In this document: one piece after another, positions 29,978 to 39,214 of the stretch
Layout: each line of letters begins with the position of its first letter
How positions within the stretch are numbered: the first letter of the stretch is position 1
Source: Bacteroidota bacterium
GTDB lineage: Bacteria; Bacteroidota; Bacteroidia; Bacteroidales; B39-G9
NCBI GenBank assembly: GCA_015222055.1
Contig: JADFUR010000066.1
Coordinates: 7,933 to 71,932, forward strand
Direction of reading: 5' to 3'
Length of the DNA stretch: 64,000 nt
Program-made: the position numbers and the translations under genes
The notes under the pieces: model-generated
Told to the model about the DNA's origin: nothing
Databases searched by the model: none
The model's input: only the letters and a program-made list of their open reading frames with translations

Positions 29978-30841
29978 ATGCAACAAAAAACAACATCTTA
30001 TTCTGTCTATAAACTTATAATTCCTTTTTTTCTTATTGCAATAATTGTTCTTTCTTCTTGTAAAAAAAACGAAATATTACCTGATGAAATAAAAACATAT
30101 ATTCATATATCACATACAAGAACAGATAAAAATCCATATATGGACATCATTGTTGAAAATATGAATTTTAAAAAATTCGATATGTTGTGGTTTGGTGGTG
30201 ATATGGCTACATTAACTTCAGCAGATACGGTAACAATGCAACATGTTGATAGTATATTTAATTTAGGAGATGAAAACACATTATGGTCATTAGGTAATCA
30301 TGATTATACTAATTTAGATCTTATTCAGAATTTTACTCACAGACCTAATTATTACACCTTTCATAAAGATAAAATAACTTTTTTTGTAACAGACACTCAA
30401 GACAGTCTAAGTAATCTGGTTAATGAACAGAAAGCATTGTTTCAACAAATTGTTGATACGATTCAGAATTCAAATTATTTTATTCTTTTACACCACAAAT
30501 TAATCTGGATGTATGGCAATCCAAATTTAGAGCCGCTCATCAATTCTGTTTCAAATGCAGGATTGGGTAGCTGTTTTTATTGCATTAATCCAAACAACTT
30601 TTACTCCGACATTTACCCTGGTCTAGTTGAAATGAAAAAAAGAGGAATAGAAGTTATTTGTATTGGCGGGGATATCGGATTTAATACAAAAAAATTTGAA
30701 TATAAAACTAAAGATGGAATATATTTCCTTGCTTCAGGAATTAATTCAGGAGATCCCGACAATAAAATTCTTATTTTTAAAAATAATTTAACTACAAATC
30801 AATTAAAATGGCAATTCAAGCTATTGTCTGATTATCAGTAA
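29978..30841 (+). CDS. Metallophosphoesterase-fold lipoprotein
   Basis: Lipobox LSSC, HISHT, GGDM, LGNHD, LHHK motifs. Confidence 0.75.
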   Translation: MQQKTTSYSVYKLIIPFFLIAIIVLSSCKKNEILPDEIKTYIHISHTRTDKNPYMDIIVENMNFKKFDMLWFGGDMATLTSADTVTMQHVDSIFNLGDENTLWSLGNHDYTNLDLIQNFTHRPNYYTFHKDKITFFVTDTQDSLSNLVNEQKALFQQIVDTIQNSNYFILLHHKLIWMYGNPNLEPLINSVSNAGLGSCFYCINPNNFYSDIYPGLVEMKKRGIEVICIGGDIGFNTKKFEYKTKDGIYFLASGINSGDPDNKILIFKNNLTTNQLKWQFKLLSDYQ

Positions 30842-30847
30842 ATACAC

Positions 30848-33800
30848 TTACACATCCTCAACATAACCCAACACAGCATTAGAAACAGCTCTTGGCTCGG
30901 GAGGTAATGAATAAATATTACTTTCGTAATTATGATTATATGGAGAGATATTTAATGTTTTATCATCAACAACTAGAGTACTGCTACCGCCCGGGTCAAA
31001 CCCCATAGCTTTCACTATGTCAAATTTCAACATTATATCTGCCATATCAATATGTGTAGCACCAACAGATTCTCTAATTCGTCCATTTATTGTCAATACA
31101 CATAAATTTCCTTTTTTATCAATTCCAACAGCAATTTTAGGCCCTCTCATATCTGTATAATCTAATCTTGCAGCTTGGGTTTTTATTGAATTTTTTGTTT
31201 TCCATCCTTCTCTAATCATATTAAGAACATTCTTACCATGATTAACCAACATTGGTCCTGCTTCAACGGCATGTTGAATATTTTTCAATCCTTTAATTTT
31301 AATAGTTAGTTTCTTGCCAATCTTATCCCACGATTTTGGAAACTTCTTTTCTGGGAAAGAAAGAGTAATCCCAACAGGTATAATTTTAACTTCTTCGTTC
31401 TGTTTTGTATGAATAACTTCTTTAATTGTATTTCCGGCTAACCTAACAACTACGCGTCCATTTCCTTCAATACTTTCTTTTTCGTGTAATAAATCATAAT
31501 ATGCAATATTATTTTCGGGTATTATCATATTATAACTATCTGAAGATAATTCAATTGTTTTTTTCGAATCAGAAATTGTAATTCCTTTACTTGCATTAAC
31601 CCTTTTAATATCTATAGAGCCATCTTTATAAATTAACAGTGCTGGTTTATTAAACAAAGGAGGACTAACTAATTTACCATCAGAAATAAGCAATCCAAGA
31701 GGAGAGCCAATATAAGATTCGGGCAAGCCTAATTTACCAACAAGCTCTGCATTAAGAATATATCCACCATTCCAAGCAATTCTTGTATTCTTTTTAAATT
31801 CCTTATTAAACTCTTTTACAAAAGTTGTTACTTTTTTAGTTTTGTCAATGCTTGTTTTAATAACAAAGCCCCATTTTTTGTCATTTAAATTAACTTTAGC
31901 AATAACTCCGTTCCATGGCATACCATCTTTATATAAACCACTTACAAATGAATATTCGACATCTTCTTTTTCGGTTTTATTCTTTTTTAATTTAGCCAGC
32001 ACTAAGCTAATTGGCGAACCATTTTGTTCTGCATCTTTTTTTAATATTGAAAAAATTTTCTCTTCGCCATGTTCTTCACAGAGATTTTTAAACAAATCAC
32101 TTTTTAATGTTTCGCTAAAATTTTTTGATGTTTGAATAGGAGTTGGATAAGCTAAGGTTGTCCTCATTCCTGCAGGAACGTATTGTATATAACCACTATC
32201 TGAAGGTATCCCCATAAAATTAGCAGTTAATTCATTCGTAATTTTACCAATATGAAACCTATCAATATCAACAATATCTGTCATTAAAGCTGCATTACGA
32301 CGTACAGAAATAATAAATCCATTTTCATCTTTTATTTGATGTAAAATTTTTAAAGCTTCCTCTCCTATCTGAGGAAAATGAATTCCCACACTATATTGCT
32401 CACTACTAACAATTCTAATTATCTTCTTTTCATACAAAAGTGTTAATTCTTTATCATGTCCACCAATAAAATAATTTGTTATGTCTTTAATTGTTAACCA
32501 CTTACCTAGACGGTTTTTTTGAGCAAAAATGTATATTGGCGCAATTGGTTTTTTAAAATCTGTAATATGTTTCTCTGTTAATTCATCATTTATTGACAAT
32601 TTTAAACGAGCTCTCACAGGCTGCAATGCAAAAAATTCCAATTCGTATTTAATATACTTTCCGGGGAAATAAGCAATGGGCAAATTAGCTTTTAACTTCT
32701 CAATTAATTTATATCTATCGTCAATTGCAAGATAATAGCTTGATGTTAATTGCGATAATGCCAAATTCCAGTCGGTAAAAAAATGCGAACTTTGAATAAC
32801 TTGTTTACTATGACTAGGCTTAATAATTTGAATATACATCATATTTATAAGCCCTGTTAACTCCTGAAAAGTAAAATCTTGATAAGGATAATAATTCTTA
32901 TTTCGATGTCTGTATGAAAACGAATGGTCGTGCCTTATAGAGACCTCCCCTTTTTTATAATTAAAAATATTATCGACAGCATTATAAAAACTAAAAATTG
33001 TTTTTTTAGGGACTTCCTCAATATTGGGATTATAATTACATAATTTATAAGCAAAATCAAAAGTACGTCCTCTTATTTTTTGCTGCTCGGCTCTAAAATA
33101 ACTTGGGTCAATAAGCGATTTTAGATAAATCATAAAAGCTAATCGTCCATATCCCGGCAAATATTGCCTGTTTTCATCATTAATAATACTTTTTAAATCA
33201 TCATTAGTAAATTCTACTATGTTTTTATATTCGCTTAATGATTTTTTAGCTGTTTGAATAGATTTAGTATTTGGTTTTAATTGCAAATACAACTTATAAA
33301 AAATATCTTCAAAATTTTTCGACAACGATTCTATACTATATCTTTTTTGAACAACATTTTTATTTTGTTCAATCTCATCAATAAATTTATGTGGAAATAA
33401 TACTCTTAATATAATATCATGAACATGTTTGCTTGTTATTTCTTTCCCAACGAACTCAATTACTTTAAGCCTTTCTTTTTCGGGCAAATGCTCACCAATT
33501 ACTTCTGAATAAACATTCTCGGGGTAATATCTTCGGCAAAAAATTGGCACTCCGGCTGCTGCAGCCTCAATTATTGGCAAGCCCCGCCCCTCGGTTTTAC
33601 TAGGCAATAAAATTAGCGAAGCAATGCTGTATAAATTCGGAATATTTATTGGTTCTTTAAATTTCAGTTTAAAGTGTTCTTTGTCAAGCTCACTAAACAT
33701 AAATGCCAAATGTATTCTTTCGTGAAATTCCTGAGGAATCTCATCTGCCATCTCATAAAAATGAACTAACAATTTATTAAAATAGCTATACTGTCCGAGA

Positions 33801-35029
33801 GGAATTGGTCCGGTAACAAGTATTGTTAATTTTAGTTGTGACGATTCTTTAAATTTATTTATAAAAATTTTATTGTTAAATAATTTTTTAACAAGAGAGA
33901 ATCCTGTTTCAATTCTTTTTCGTGAAATAATTCTTGTTGGCTGCAAAAACATGATGTTCTCATCCGTAAAACCATTTGCAATTTTTGACTTCCCTCCTAA
34001 TTTGAGCAAAATAGGTTCAGGATTCTCTGGATCGACAAGCGATGAATTTATTACATCTTTAACAGAATAGGCAATTAATGAATCTTGATATCTGCTTAAT
34101 ATTTTTTTAATTTGAATAAATGTGTTTATTTTTTCACGTTTTGTGATATTAAGGTATTCTTGAGTATCAACAGCTGTTCCAAGTTCAGCTACGTTAGCAG
34201 GATTATGACCGTTTTCACATATTAAATGCCGAGTCTGTCGTTTATTAATATTTATTGAAACCCACGAACGAGATTCCCATGGGAACAGAACTTCAATCTG
34301 CGAAAAGAATTCTCCCACATCGGAATTTTTGAAAAAGAAATCGCGTGGTCCTTCTTTCGCTTTTTTATTTTTTATATCAACCTCTTTGCTACCGCCCTCC
34401 CAGTAATAATCATGACTGTTATTCAATACAGGAATGCCAAGATATTCAGAAACCAAAACTGTTGCAAGGCTTAAAGATACATTTCCCGGATTTGAACAAA
34501 TATTTATTAAATAAAGCAATCTTATATTGTTTTCTTCAATATAATTACCTAGTTTTCCGGCAATAATTAAAACCTGTTCCCAAAATTTTATAATTAAAGC
34601 ATTATACTCTTTGCTGCCACGCTCAAGTTTTGTGAAGAAAAAATCTTTGTATAATGTCCAATCGTCAAAGCCTTTTATCTCTTCAATTTCGAGTTTTTTT
34701 ACATCGGGTTGAATAAATTCATCTGCCTCAGGGTGTATTTCTCCTGCAATATAGTGCATCGTGCTTTGCGGAAAAAACTGACGAAATATACGTGCATACT
34801 TATCAACTTCAATTGTAACTCCGTCTATTGAAAAATAAAAAGTAATAAATGCTATTGCAGATTTGTTTAATTCTTTTTTAAAATCATTGAATGTGCCGTT
34901 ATATTTTGCTGTGGGTATTGGCTTTTCTTCTTTTACCCTGTCAATAAACAAACCTAAATCAAACCAGGTGTTAATTTTTTCATTTTTTAATTGTCTTAGC
35001 ATCTCTTTTACAGCCATTCTTTGCTCCAT
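30848..35029 (-). CDS. Fusion of a GT4 glycosyltransferase, an unknown middle region and a phosphodiester glycosidase (NAGPA-like) domain
   Basis: GT-B motifs DGVTIE, HDYYWE, LQPTRIISRKRIE, PSKTEGRGLPIIEA. C-terminal NGGY, EAGPMLV, GPKIAVG, FDPGGSSTL, RAVSNAV. Confidence 0.8.
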   Translation of the reverse strand: MEQRMAVKEMLRQLKNEKINTWFDLGLFIDRVKEEKPIPTAKYNGTFNDFKKELNKSAIAFITFYFSIDGVTIEVDKYARIFRQFFPQSTMHYIAGEIHPEADEFIQPDVKKLEIEEIKGFDDWTLYKDFFFTKLERGSKEYNALIIKFWEQVLIIAGKLGNYIEENNIRLLYLINICSNPGNVSLSLATVLVSEYLGIPVLNNSHDYYWEGGSKEVDIKNKKAKEGPRDFFFKNSDVGEFFSQIEVLFPWESRSWVSININKRQTRHLICENGHNPANVAELGTAVDTQEYLNITKREKINTFIQIKKILSRYQDSLIAYSVKDVINSSLVDPENPEPILLKLGGKSKIANGFTDENIMFLQPTRIISRKRIETGFSLVKKLFNNKIFINKFKESSQLKLTILVTGPIPLGQYSYFNKLLVHFYEMADEIPQEFHERIHLAFMFSELDKEHFKLKFKEPINIPNLYSIASLILLPSKTEGRGLPIIEAAAAGVPIFCRRYYPENVYSEVIGEHLPEKERLKVIEFVGKEITSKHVHDIILRVLFPHKFIDEIEQNKNVVQKRYSIESLSKNFEDIFYKLYLQLKPNTKSIQTAKKSLSEYKNIVEFTNDDLKSIINDENRQYLPGYGRLAFMIYLKSLIDPSYFRAEQQKIRGRTFDFAYKLCNYNPNIEEVPKKTIFSFYNAVDNIFNYKKGEVSIRHDHSFSYRHRNKNYYPYQDFTFQELTGLINMMYIQIIKPSHSKQVIQSSHFFTDWNLALSQLTSSYYLAIDDRYKLIEKLKANLPIAYFPGKYIKYELEFFALQPVRARLKLSINDELTEKHITDFKKPIAPIYIFAQKNRLGKWLTIKDITNYFIGGHDKELTLLYEKKIIRIVSSEQYSVGIHFPQIGEEALKILHQIKDENGFIISVRRNAALMTDIVDIDRFHIGKITNELTANFMGIPSDSGYIQYVPAGMRTTLAYPTPIQTSKNFSETLKSDLFKNLCEEHGEEKIFSILKKDAEQNGSPISLVLAKLKKNKTEKEDVEYSFVSGLYKDGMPWNGVIAKVNLNDKKWGFVIKTSIDKTKKVTTFVKEFNKEFKKNTRIAWNGGYILNAELVGKLGLPESYIGSPLGLLISDGKLVSPPLFNKPALLIYKDGSIDIKRVNASKGITISDSKKTIELSSDSYNMIIPENNIAYYDLLHEKESIEGNGRVVVRLAGNTIKEVIHTKQNEEVKIIPVGITLSFPEKKFPKSWDKIGKKLTIKIKGLKNIQHAVEAGPMLVNHGKNVLNMIREGWKTKNSIKTQAARLDYTDMRGPKIAVGIDKKGNLCVLTINGRIRESVGATHIDMADIMLKFDIVKAMGFDPGGSSTLVVDDKTLNISPYNHNYESNIYSLPPEPRAVSNAVLGYVEDV

Positions 35030-35154
35030 AATTTCTCCTTTTTATTTTCCCGAAATAAATTTAATAAAATTTATGGGTTTTTTTGGATTTTTGAAGAATA
35101 TTTTTATTAAAAAATTGTTGCTGGAAATAAAAATCTTTATCAACAAATGAATAT

Positions 35155-35169
35155 GGCATATTATTTGTT
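35155..35169 (+). promoter_or_regulatory. Sigma54-like -24/-12 motif TGGCAT-N5-TTGT
   Basis: Correct spacing, about 55 nt upstream of the beta-barrel gene; the -12 box is imperfect. Confidence 0.35.
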
Positions 35170-35223
35170 TGAACAAACAATAGTTCTCTTTTATAAACAA
35201 TTAATTAATTTAAACTTTTAAAA

Positions 35224-35826
35224 ATGAAAAAAATATTTTTAACTTTAGCAACACTCAGTTTTTCTTTACTTGTTATATCACAAGAAGTTACAAAACAAAA
35301 AGAAGTTGGACTGGCTTTTCGCAATTTAGACAATTTTGGTTTTACCTTTAAAACAGGAACAAACAACTCTTTATGGAGGTTTAATACTCTCTTTATTAAT
35401 GGTGATAATATTGATGAAATAGAGGATAGTTTAACAACTAAAAGAAAATCTATGGGATTTGGTATAACAATTGGTAAAGAATACAGAAAAGTTATAGTAA
35501 AAAATTTGGAATTTAGATATGGGGCTGATTTATCATTTAACTATCGTTATTCAAAATATGATTATGATGATAAAACTATAAATAATTTTGATAATTCAAG
35601 TGAACAAACAAAATATACACCAGGAATAAATTTAGTGCTTGGCATTAATTATGTCTTTAATAATAATCTTATTGTAGGTGCAGAGGTCTTGCCATATTTT
35701 AGTTATTCAACAGGCTCTGTAACAAAAAAGCATTCTTCTGGCGATAAGATTAAAAGTGATCTTTCACAATTTAATTATGGATTGTCAAACACTTCAGTTT
35801 TAGTGTCTTTAGCTTATAGGTTTTAA
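35224..35826 (+). CDS. Small outer-membrane beta-barrel protein
   Basis: Signal peptide, alternating beta-strand pattern, C-terminal LAYRF. Confidence 0.75.
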   Translation: MKKIFLTLATLSFSLLVISQEVTKQKEVGLAFRNLDNFGFTFKTGTNNSLWRFNTLFINGDNIDEIEDSLTTKRKSMGFGITIGKEYRKVIVKNLEFRYGADLSFNYRYSKYDYDDKTINNFDNSSEQTKYTPGINLVLGINYVFNNNLIVGAEVLPYFSYSTGSVTKKHSSGDKIKSDLSQFNYGLSNTSVLVSLAYRF

Positions 35827-36043
35827 CAAAAAAACAATTTCTACAATGTTAATTTTTTTATCAAATTAACAATTTGTTTTTTTGTAAATGTCAACCCACA
35901 AACAATTGCAGTTTATTAATTTACGAAATAAATTTAGTTGGTTGTTTGTGGTTTAACACTGCTGTTATAAAGTACTTAGAACTACTTGCTAATAGCAAAA
36001 AATTTAATTGAATTAGGCTTTTAATCAATACCATCTAAGGTCT

Positions 36044-36129
36044 TCATTCTGTCCGCCAGCTGGCGGATCAGAATCTGTTTTTATCAATAATTGTTTTTTT
36101 AAGTAGATGCCTAAACAAATTCGGCATGA
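36044..36129. repeat. REP-like element with nested palindrome
   Basis: TCATTCTG-TCCGCCAGCTGGCGGA-TCAGAAT followed by ATGCCTAAACAAATTCGGCATGA. Confidence 0.6.
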
Positions 36130-36260
36130 ATATGGTATTTTTATCATTAAACATAAGCGGTTGAATAGCCTAAAATTGGTATTGTTTTAGTTATTTGTTA
36201 TGTGCTTAATTTACAAATACTTATATTATAATAATCGGAATTTACTAGCTAATAAGCTAC

Positions 36261-36350
36261 CTATTCATCCTTTTTCACTGCCTGAATACCTTCTTTAGCT
36301 TTTGCATAATCGGGATGTTCGAGAAGTTGTTTAAAATTTTCGGGCAAAAA
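36261..36350 (-). pseudogene. Orphan C-terminal gene fragment (possibly a TPR-type tail)
   Basis: Reads FLPENFKQLLEHPDYAKAKEGIQAVKKDE*; coding-like composition with no start. Confidence 0.35.
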
Positions 36351-36377
36351 AGCCTAATATAAAAACAATTAAAATTT

Positions 36378-37898
36378 TCAACCGCTATATTCTAAGAAAG
36401 AAATATTTTTCTTTCTTAGAATTAACAAATTATAATTATCATATACAATCTCAAAAATTTTAGAATTTCTATATTTATTCACTTCCCTTGCAAAATCATT
36501 TTTTACCAAAGGGTAAGTACTTCTTTTTTTACAAATTAGAATAATATATTTTGCATTTTTTACAATCGGAAAGTGATATATTTTTTCTCTAAACGCCAAG
36601 TGCGGTGCCAAGCAAGAACTAACAGAAATTATTTCATCCTCAGGAATATATCTAATTGCTTTATAAATTTTAGAAAGATTTAAATTTGGTTGATAATGCC
36701 TTTTATTGTAAAATACCGTATTTGTTTTATCATACCATTTAGAGGTTCTGTTTTCAAGTTTAGAAAAACTCATAAACAATGTTAATAATGTAATTCCTAT
36801 TGCAATGATCTTTTGTTTTTTATATTTTTTTACACTTTGAATAAAATCAATCAAAATAAGGCTTAATATTGGAACAAATTCAATAGAATATTGTCCATTT
36901 ATACCCCAGAAACCATAATTATTGGATAAAAATTTTTGTGCAAATAATGGTATCATCATAAGTAAATAAACCGGCCTGAAAAATAAAAGAATACCTCCAG
37001 ATGCAAGAATCATTAGGTATGTTTCAAGTTTAATTCCAGAATAAAGGTTGTCGGGAAGGGTGTTTCTAAAAAATATTGAAACAAAATAAGATGGGTTATG
37101 AATAATGTTTGAAAATATTTCTACAATTGAGCTTCCTAAATACGAATATCTACTAAATTGCAAATTACTATTTACTCCTTGAAGTAAAGGCATAACAAAA
37201 AAAATAACAATTACTCCATAGACTATGCAAAAAACAGCAGCAGGTATTTCAAATTTAATATACTCTTTACTATATTTTTTTCTGTTTTTTATCATTAAAC
37301 CTATTATCACAAAGAACAACCAAATAGCCATAACTTCTTTACAAAAAAGAATTAAAATCAAGAATATAAAGGAATAAATTAATTTTCGTTTTTCAAGGTA
37401 ATATATAAACCACATAACCAACATAGCCCCAATAACATTATTATGAAAGCCAACAGACAAAGCTGAATATATTCCCCAAATACTAAAAAAATGAATACAG
37501 ACTATAAAGGGGATAATAGAATTATCATCAAATTTAAATTTAGCATATTTATAAGAGGCAAGCCCCCCCATAAGAATTGCAAATATTTGAATAATAAGTA
37601 AAGTGTATGAACCAAACAGATAATAAAAAGGTGAAAACAAAATAGTTATTAAAGAAAAATGTGTTCCAAGAAACAACATTTCTTTCCCAGAAATTCCTAA
37701 TGTATAATATGCTTGTTTAAAATGTGAAAAATTAAAAATAGCATGATTGAACATCCCAAAATCGAGAGCACAAGTTCTTAATTGATAATGATTTACAATA
37801 GATATTGAGCCGAATATTATAGCAAATAATACAAATACTGATATTAGTTTTATATTATATTTTCGTTTTTTAATTTCTTTAGTTTTTTCAAAACACAT
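36378..37898 (-). CDS. DUF2079-family polytopic membrane protein (GT-C-like)
   Basis: DFGMFNHAI, LGTHFSL, TLLIIQ, FHN, CKE, QYS, LAPHLAFRE motifs; many transmembrane segments. Confidence 0.8.
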   Translation of the reverse strand: MCFEKTKEIKKRKYNIKLISVFVLFAIIFGSISIVNHYQLRTCALDFGMFNHAIFNFSHFKQAYYTLGISGKEMLFLGTHFSLITILFSPFYYLFGSYTLLIIQIFAILMGGLASYKYAKFKFDDNSIIPFIVCIHFFSIWGIYSALSVGFHNNVIGAMLVMWFIYYLEKRKLIYSFIFLILILFCKEVMAIWLFFVIIGLMIKNRKKYSKEYIKFEIPAAVFCIVYGVIVIFFVMPLLQGVNSNLQFSRYSYLGSSIVEIFSNIIHNPSYFVSIFFRNTLPDNLYSGIKLETYLMILASGGILLFFRPVYLLMMIPLFAQKFLSNNYGFWGINGQYSIEFVPILSLILIDFIQSVKKYKKQKIIAIGITLLTLFMSFSKLENRTSKWYDKTNTVFYNKRHYQPNLNLSKIYKAIRYIPEDEIISVSSCLAPHLAFREKIYHFPIVKNAKYIILICKKRSTYPLVKNDFAREVNKYRNSKIFEIVYDNYNLLILRKKNISFLEYSG

Positions 37899-37916
37899 AA
37901 CAAAAAAAATTATTAA

Positions 37917-38075
37917 TTATGAGAAATCTTTAGAATATTCTTTTACAACAGCATACGAATTATCTGTTGAAAAATCATCAACAATAATTATTTCCACTTT
38001 TTTTACAAAATCAGGATAAGAGATACTATTAAGTTCTTTTAAAACTTCTTTAATTAAATTCTCTTGTATGGGTAA
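37917..38075 (-). pseudogene. Truncated GT2 glycosyltransferase N-terminal remnant
   Basis: LPIQENLIKEVLKELNSISYPDFVKKVEIIIVDDFSTDNSYAVVKEYSKDFS*: classic EIIIVDDxSTD motif, no start codon, early stop. Confidence 0.75.
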
Positions 38076-38131
38076 TTATATTTTAAACAAAAATGGCATG
38101 ATTTTTATAATAAAAAGATAACTTCGTTAGG

Positions 38132-38983
38132 TCAATTTATTAATAACCAAAAAGAGCCCCCATGTGTTTCAATATTTTTACATTCTAAATTTTCCCAAAT
38201 TGGCTTAAGAATCTCTTTCAGTTCAGAATCTTTGCTAATAAAATAATTAGGAAGTATTGGTTTGTATTTATCAATGTTTGCTAATAAATAAGCAGCTAAC
38301 ATATATTGCTCAGAATAAAATCTATTACACATAAATTGAGGATAATCATAGGGAAGATATATATCGTGAATATGAACAATAACACCTTTAGGTATTTTTG
38401 GAAATATTTCAGTAAAAAAAACTGTAGCATCCGAATTTGGCAATATCCTATGTGAATTATCAATAAACAAGATATCATTTGGCTTTAAATCAAAAATAAA
38501 CTCAAAATCAGATTTCTCAAGAGGTTTTCTAATTATTTCGTCAGAAATTTGATCAATTTCTGCTCTGGGATAAGGATCTAAAGAAGTGATTTTTGTACTT
38601 AACGAGTTGTCTTTAATTGCTTTATATGCAACTTTTGTTGAATAGCCGGAACCTATCTCAACATAATGTTTTGGCTTAAATTTATTAATAAGTGAATAAA
38701 GTGCGACAATATCTAATCCCGGCAAGAAACCATTGTTCCAACACGGATTAATATTATTTGTTTCTTCATCACAAACTTTGATAGAAGAAAAAATATCTTT
38801 ATAATTTAAAAATTCTTTTAACAGGGCTGAATAATCATTTTTATATCTGTCAATTAAGTTATATAGAATTTCGTGTGGCGGTTTACCATGCCCAAAACGA
38901 GCTTCGAATTTAACAGGATATTCTAAAAATAGGGTTTGGTAATGTGGAGATAAAAATTTGTATATTTTTTTTACTAAATTCAT
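38132..38983 (-). CDS. Class I SAM-dependent methyltransferase (Methyltransf_24-like)
   Basis: VEIGSGYST, DILFIDNSH, VHIHDIYLP, SEQYML, GGSFWL. Confidence 0.88.
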   Translation of the reverse strand: MNLVKKIYKFLSPHYQTLFLEYPVKFEARFGHGKPPHEILYNLIDRYKNDYSALLKEFLNYKDIFSSIKVCDEETNNINPCWNNGFLPGLDIVALYSLINKFKPKHYVEIGSGYSTKVAYKAIKDNSLSTKITSLDPYPRAEIDQISDEIIRKPLEKSDFEFIFDLKPNDILFIDNSHRILPNSDATVFFTEIFPKIPKGVIVHIHDIYLPYDYPQFMCNRFYSEQYMLAAYLLANIDKYKPILPNYFISKDSELKEILKPIWENLECKNIETHGGSFWLLIN

Positions 38984-39023
38984 AATATTTATTTTTTTTA
39001 AAGATAAAAGAATATAATCATAA

Positions 39024-39063
39024 TACTAAAAAAAGGGAACAAAATTTGCTCCCTTTTTTAGTA
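39024..39063. terminator. Strong terminator-like hairpin in a divergent intergenic region
   Basis: TACTAAAAAAAGGGAACAA-AAT-TTGCTCCCTTTTTTAGTA. Confidence 0.65.
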
Positions 39064-39214
39064 CTAGTCATACACAAAAAAAAACACTCACACAAACGCT
39101 TGCCAATGGGCAAGAAAAAAAAACTTAAAATTCAAGTCAAAAAACCAAACAAAAATTTAACCAATAATGTTTTATAAAAAATATTACTTTTGTATAATAA
39201 TTATTCATTCAATT

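Noticed and set aside
35895-35952. Inverted repeat CCACAAACAA/TTGTTTGTGG downstream of the beta-barrel gene
   Set aside because: It has 10-bp arms with a long AT-rich loop, and cannot be distinguished from a weak terminator or chance.
38094-38108. TGGCATGATTTTTAT sigma54-like motif on the + strand
   Set aside because: The -12 box is poor and there is no + strand gene downstream.
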